From NCBI GenBank assembly GCA_046861395.1, contig JBHHUC010000065.1:1-10467 (forward strand): a stretch of DNA of 10,467 nt, given 5' to 3'. Below are positions 7,934-10,467 of this stretch, piece by piece (the stretch's first letter is position 1; every line of letters begins with the position of its first letter). The position numbers and the translations under genes are program-made. Below the pieces are notes generated by a model that did not search any database, was not told where the DNA came from, and saw only the letters and a program-made list of their open reading frames with translations. Source of the DNA: Fidelibacterota bacterium. Lineage in GTDB: Bacteria > Fidelibacterota > Marinisomatia > Marinisomatales > JABMOV01.

Positions 7934-9409
7934 ATGAAAAAAACACTTTTGGCCGGTATCCTATTGGCAGGCGTGATTACGGCCCAGACCTATAATGTGG
8001 GTGACGTGGTGGCCAATTTTTCCGAAGCTATTTGCGCCAACGGAACAGGAGACTGGGTTCTGGATAATTATAATGGTGATCTCAATGGCGGTGATTACCA
8101 TGTGATTTGGATTAACCTGTTCACATCTTGGTGACCAAGCTGTCAATCGGAGGCTCCGATTACAGAAGGAATTTATCAGACTTATGCCGATCAGGGTTTA
8201 GTCATGGTGGCGGCCGGATTCGACTGGAATCAACCGTACAGTTGCGAAAGCTGGGCTCAAACTTTTGGTTTAAGTTATCCCATTACCGACGATGAATCCA
8301 ATCTGGTCTGGAATATGTTCGGTCAGGGGTATATTCCGCACAATGTTATTCTGGATCACAATTTTGAAGTATTGTACTCCGAAGCCGGATTCAGCCAGGG
8401 AACCATCATTGCGACGATTGAAGCGGCCCTTGCCAATCTGCCGGCAGATTTGGATGGGGACGGTATCCTCAATGATCTGGATAATTGTCCGGAAATCTAC
8501 AATCCTGATCAGGCCGATTTGGACAACGATGATATCGGTGACCTGTGTGATCCCTGTGATAATGCGAATGTCTTTGTCGCCGGGAATGTAACCGGGGATG
8601 TAACGGATGACGGGCCGGTTCTGGATGTTTTTGATGTCCTGACGCTGGTCGATCTGATCCTGGATAATGATTTCCCCGGCTGTACGGGAGAATCAGCCAA
8701 TTTCAACGGCGATAATTTTATTAATGTGCTGGATGTCGTTCAATTGGCCCAATACGTTACCGGTCTATATGGTCGCTATGCCCCCGTGGAACTATCCCAG
8801 GCGACGGTCACCATTGCCCGGGATGAAACTAAATCATCGCTTCTTATTGAGAGTCAAACAGGCATAGCAGGGTTCCAATTGGAAGTCAAAGGTCAGGAAC
8901 CAGCGTTTAACGGAATTTCCGATGCGAATCTTCCGGAGACCTGGATTCTTGATTACCGACAGGATGAAAATTCGCTTCAGATCCTGGGCGTGGATTTGAG
9001 TATGACGCAATTGACTCAATCCATTACGATTGGGATTTCCGGGGCCGAATCTGTTGGTCAAATCATCATCAGCGACCGGAATGGTAATGAAATTCCCGTT
9101 ACGATTAATACATCGGCGAACGGGCGACCCATTGAACTCCCGGCAGACGTTCGCTTGAATGAATTGTATCCCAATCCTTTTAATCCGGTAGTTTCGGTTC
9201 CTTTTTCCCTGCCGTTCCAAACGGATGTTACCATAGCCGTTTATAATCTGAATGGGCAGTTGGTGGATATCCTCCTTCAAGCCCAGGATATGGTAAGTGG
9301 TTTTCATGAAGTCCGGTGGGATGCCTCACGCCAGGCATCGGGAGTGTATATTGTTCAGATACAGACCCAACAGGGAATTGACACACAAAAGGCTTACCTC
9401 TTGAAATAA
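7934..9409 (+). CDS. Exported thioredoxin-fold (AhpC/TSA-redoxin-like) selenoprotein, 491 aa with Sec67, plus thrombospondin type 3-like, dockerin-like and T9SS/FlgD-type C-terminal domains
   Basis: ORFs 7910-8134 and 8204-9409 are in frame and separated only by TGA 8132-8134. Readthrough gives [16 protein letters not shown]. Signal peptide [23 protein letters not shown]...DNCP...DQAD repeat (about 8447-8560), dockerin-like motifs (about 8582-8764) and YPNPFNP at 9167. Confidence 0.88.
8141..8164 (+). promoter_or_regulatory. Putative bacterial SECIS hairpin, gene 1
   Basis: TGT-C-AATCGGA-GGC-TCCGATT-ACA, with 17 nt between the TGA and a G-starting loop. Confidence 0.75.
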
Positions 9410-9425
9410 GAAAGGTTTAGCTCTG

Positions 9426-9457
9426 AAAAAAAGCCCGGAATTTCCGGGCTTTTTTTT
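9426..9457. terminator. Intrinsic terminator, probably bidirectional
   Basis: AAAAAAAGCCCGGAA-T-TTCCGGGCTTTTTTTT perfect inverted repeat, 16 nt after the stop at 9409. Confidence 0.9.
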
Positions 9458-9517
9458 ATTATTGTCCAGCCGGCGACAGCATGAGGCTCCAACAGTCGGT
9501 AATTTCTGTAAAACGGA

Positions 9518-10327
9518 ATGATGAGAATGATAAGAAACCTGATCGGATTAATCCTTTTCTTCGGTGTCATGAGTGGGCAACCATACGTGGTCGGGGACGT
9601 TGTGGCGGATTTTCAGCAAACAATTTGTGAAAACGGCAATGGATCCTGGTCGCTTTATAACAGTACGGGGTTTGACGGTAACAGCAGCGGCCGCATTACA
9701 CTACTCATTTTTTTTGCTTCTTGGTGAATTACCTGTCAATCGGAGGCTCCGATTTTGGAAGGAATGCAACAACAATATGGCAATCAGGGGTTACAGGTTA
9801 TATCGTTGGGATCACAATGGAATCAGCCATATTCCTGTACATCCTGGGCCACGACGTTTGGTCTCACTTTTCCGATCCTGGACGATGATTCCTATTCGGT
9901 AGGCAGTCTTTTCAGCGTCAACGGTGTTCCGTTTACCGTTATCATCGATCATACCATGGTTTTACGTTACCGAGCTCTGGGCTTTAACCAAAGTGTCGTG
10001 GTGGCTACCATTGAAGATTTGTTGACCGAATTGGATGTATCCGAATCTGCGAGCGTGTTGTCTGAGAATTTCTCTCTCCGTCCAGCCTACCCCAATCCAT
10101 TTAATGCCAGTGTGACCATTCCCTTTACATTAACCCGGGAGGAGGATATGAGCGTCACCGTTCATGACATAACCGGTCGGGTCGTTGCCACTCTGGCGAA
10201 GGGGATGATGCCGGCCGGGGAACATGTCATACGGTGGTCACCTGTGGTGAGATCCACCGGTATTTACTTTATTTCCGTGGCATCCGGGACCCAGCATCTG
10301 GTATATAAGATAGTTCAGGTAAAATAA
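9518..10327 (+). CDS. Exported thioredoxin-fold selenoprotein, about 269 aa, with a T9SS/FlgD-type C-terminal domain; paralogue of 7934-9409
   Basis: ORFs 9518-9727 and 9755-10327 are in frame across TGA 9725-9727, giving LIFFASW-U-ITCQSEAP. Signal peptide present, WNQPYSC shared with gene 1, and YPNPFNA at 10088. The start could be 9518, 9521 or 9527. Confidence 0.87.
9734..9754 (+). promoter_or_regulatory. Putative bacterial SECIS hairpin, gene 2
   Basis: AATCGGA-GGC-TCCGATT at the same offset from the TGA as in gene 1. The 22 nt at 9733-9754 are identical to 8140-8161. Confidence 0.75.
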
Positions 10328-10362
10328 ATTCCGATCATAGGGAGGGAATCCCGGTAAAAGAA

Positions 10363-10400
10363 TTGTAAGCCTATGCCGGAACAAGTTAAATTCGCCGCGC
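10363..10400 (+). promoter_or_regulatory. Putative stable-RNA promoter for tRNA-Arg
   Basis: TTGTAA (10363-10368), 18 nt, TAAATT (10387-10392), then a GC-rich discriminator CGCCGCGC. Confidence 0.55.
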
Positions 10401-10417
10401 TTTTTGAACAGTAATAT

Positions 10418-10467
10418 GCGCCCGTGGCTTAATTGGATAGAGCACCTGGCTACGGACCAGGGGATTG
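10418..10467 (+). tRNA. tRNA-Arg, anticodon ACG (truncated at window end)
   Basis: GCGCCCGTGGCTTAATTGGATAGAGCA-CCTGG CT ACG GA CCAGG, with the anticodon at 10452-10454. Confidence 0.92.

Noticed and set aside
8132..8134. TGA reassigned to Trp or Gly (genetic code 4 or 25)
   Set aside because: The long genes contain many TGG and GGN codons and no other in-frame TGA. Both TGAs align with a catalytic Cys.
8582..8764. Cellulosome component
   Set aside because: The dockerin-like motifs are degenerate, such domains are common outside cellulosomes, and no carbohydrate-active enzyme or scaffoldin is in the window.
9483..9490. GAGGCTCC in the intergenic region, matching the core of the SECIS-like hairpin
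   Set aside because: Only 8 nt match and the flanking stem is absent, so chance is a sufficient explanation.
1348..9902. Numerous short antisense or alternative-frame ORFs inside the main genes
   Set aside because: They are fully nested in well-supported CDSs and show no recognisable motifs.
7910..10327. Four separate ORFs, or two pseudogenes, as in the ORF track
   Set aside because: The fragments are in frame, the break is at the same codon in both paralogues, the thioredoxin fold spans the break and a conserved hairpin follows.

Overview
Bacterial window, probably from an FCB-superphylum organism (Marinimicrobia-like, inferred from 'YPNPFN' C-terminal domains, a DUF6029-like barrel and a DUF4295/bL38-like protein). 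On the minus strand at the left: a bL38-like gene, tRNA-Ser(GGA) and tRNA-Ser(TGA), then a 321-bp repeated unit made of a small GIY-YIG nuclease gene and a copy of the tRNA-Ser 3' half carrying a 22-nt double mini-hairpin insertion. A second GIY-YIG copy runs off the window edge. On the plus strand: gltX, glnS, an exported hypothetical protein, a TlpA-like thioredoxin (WCEPC) and an outer-membrane barrel with a lone CxxxxC motif. These are followed by two paralogous exported redoxins that the ORF track splits at an in-frame TGA. In both, the TGA sits at the first Cys position of a CxxC motif (WUPSC, WUITC) and is followed by an identical SECIS-like hairpin, so they are best read as secreted selenoproteins. 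The window ends inside tRNA-Arg(ACG). The two most notable candidates are a possible trans-envelope thiol/selenol redox module (5590-10327) and the tRNA-anchored GIY-YIG repeat (1-446).
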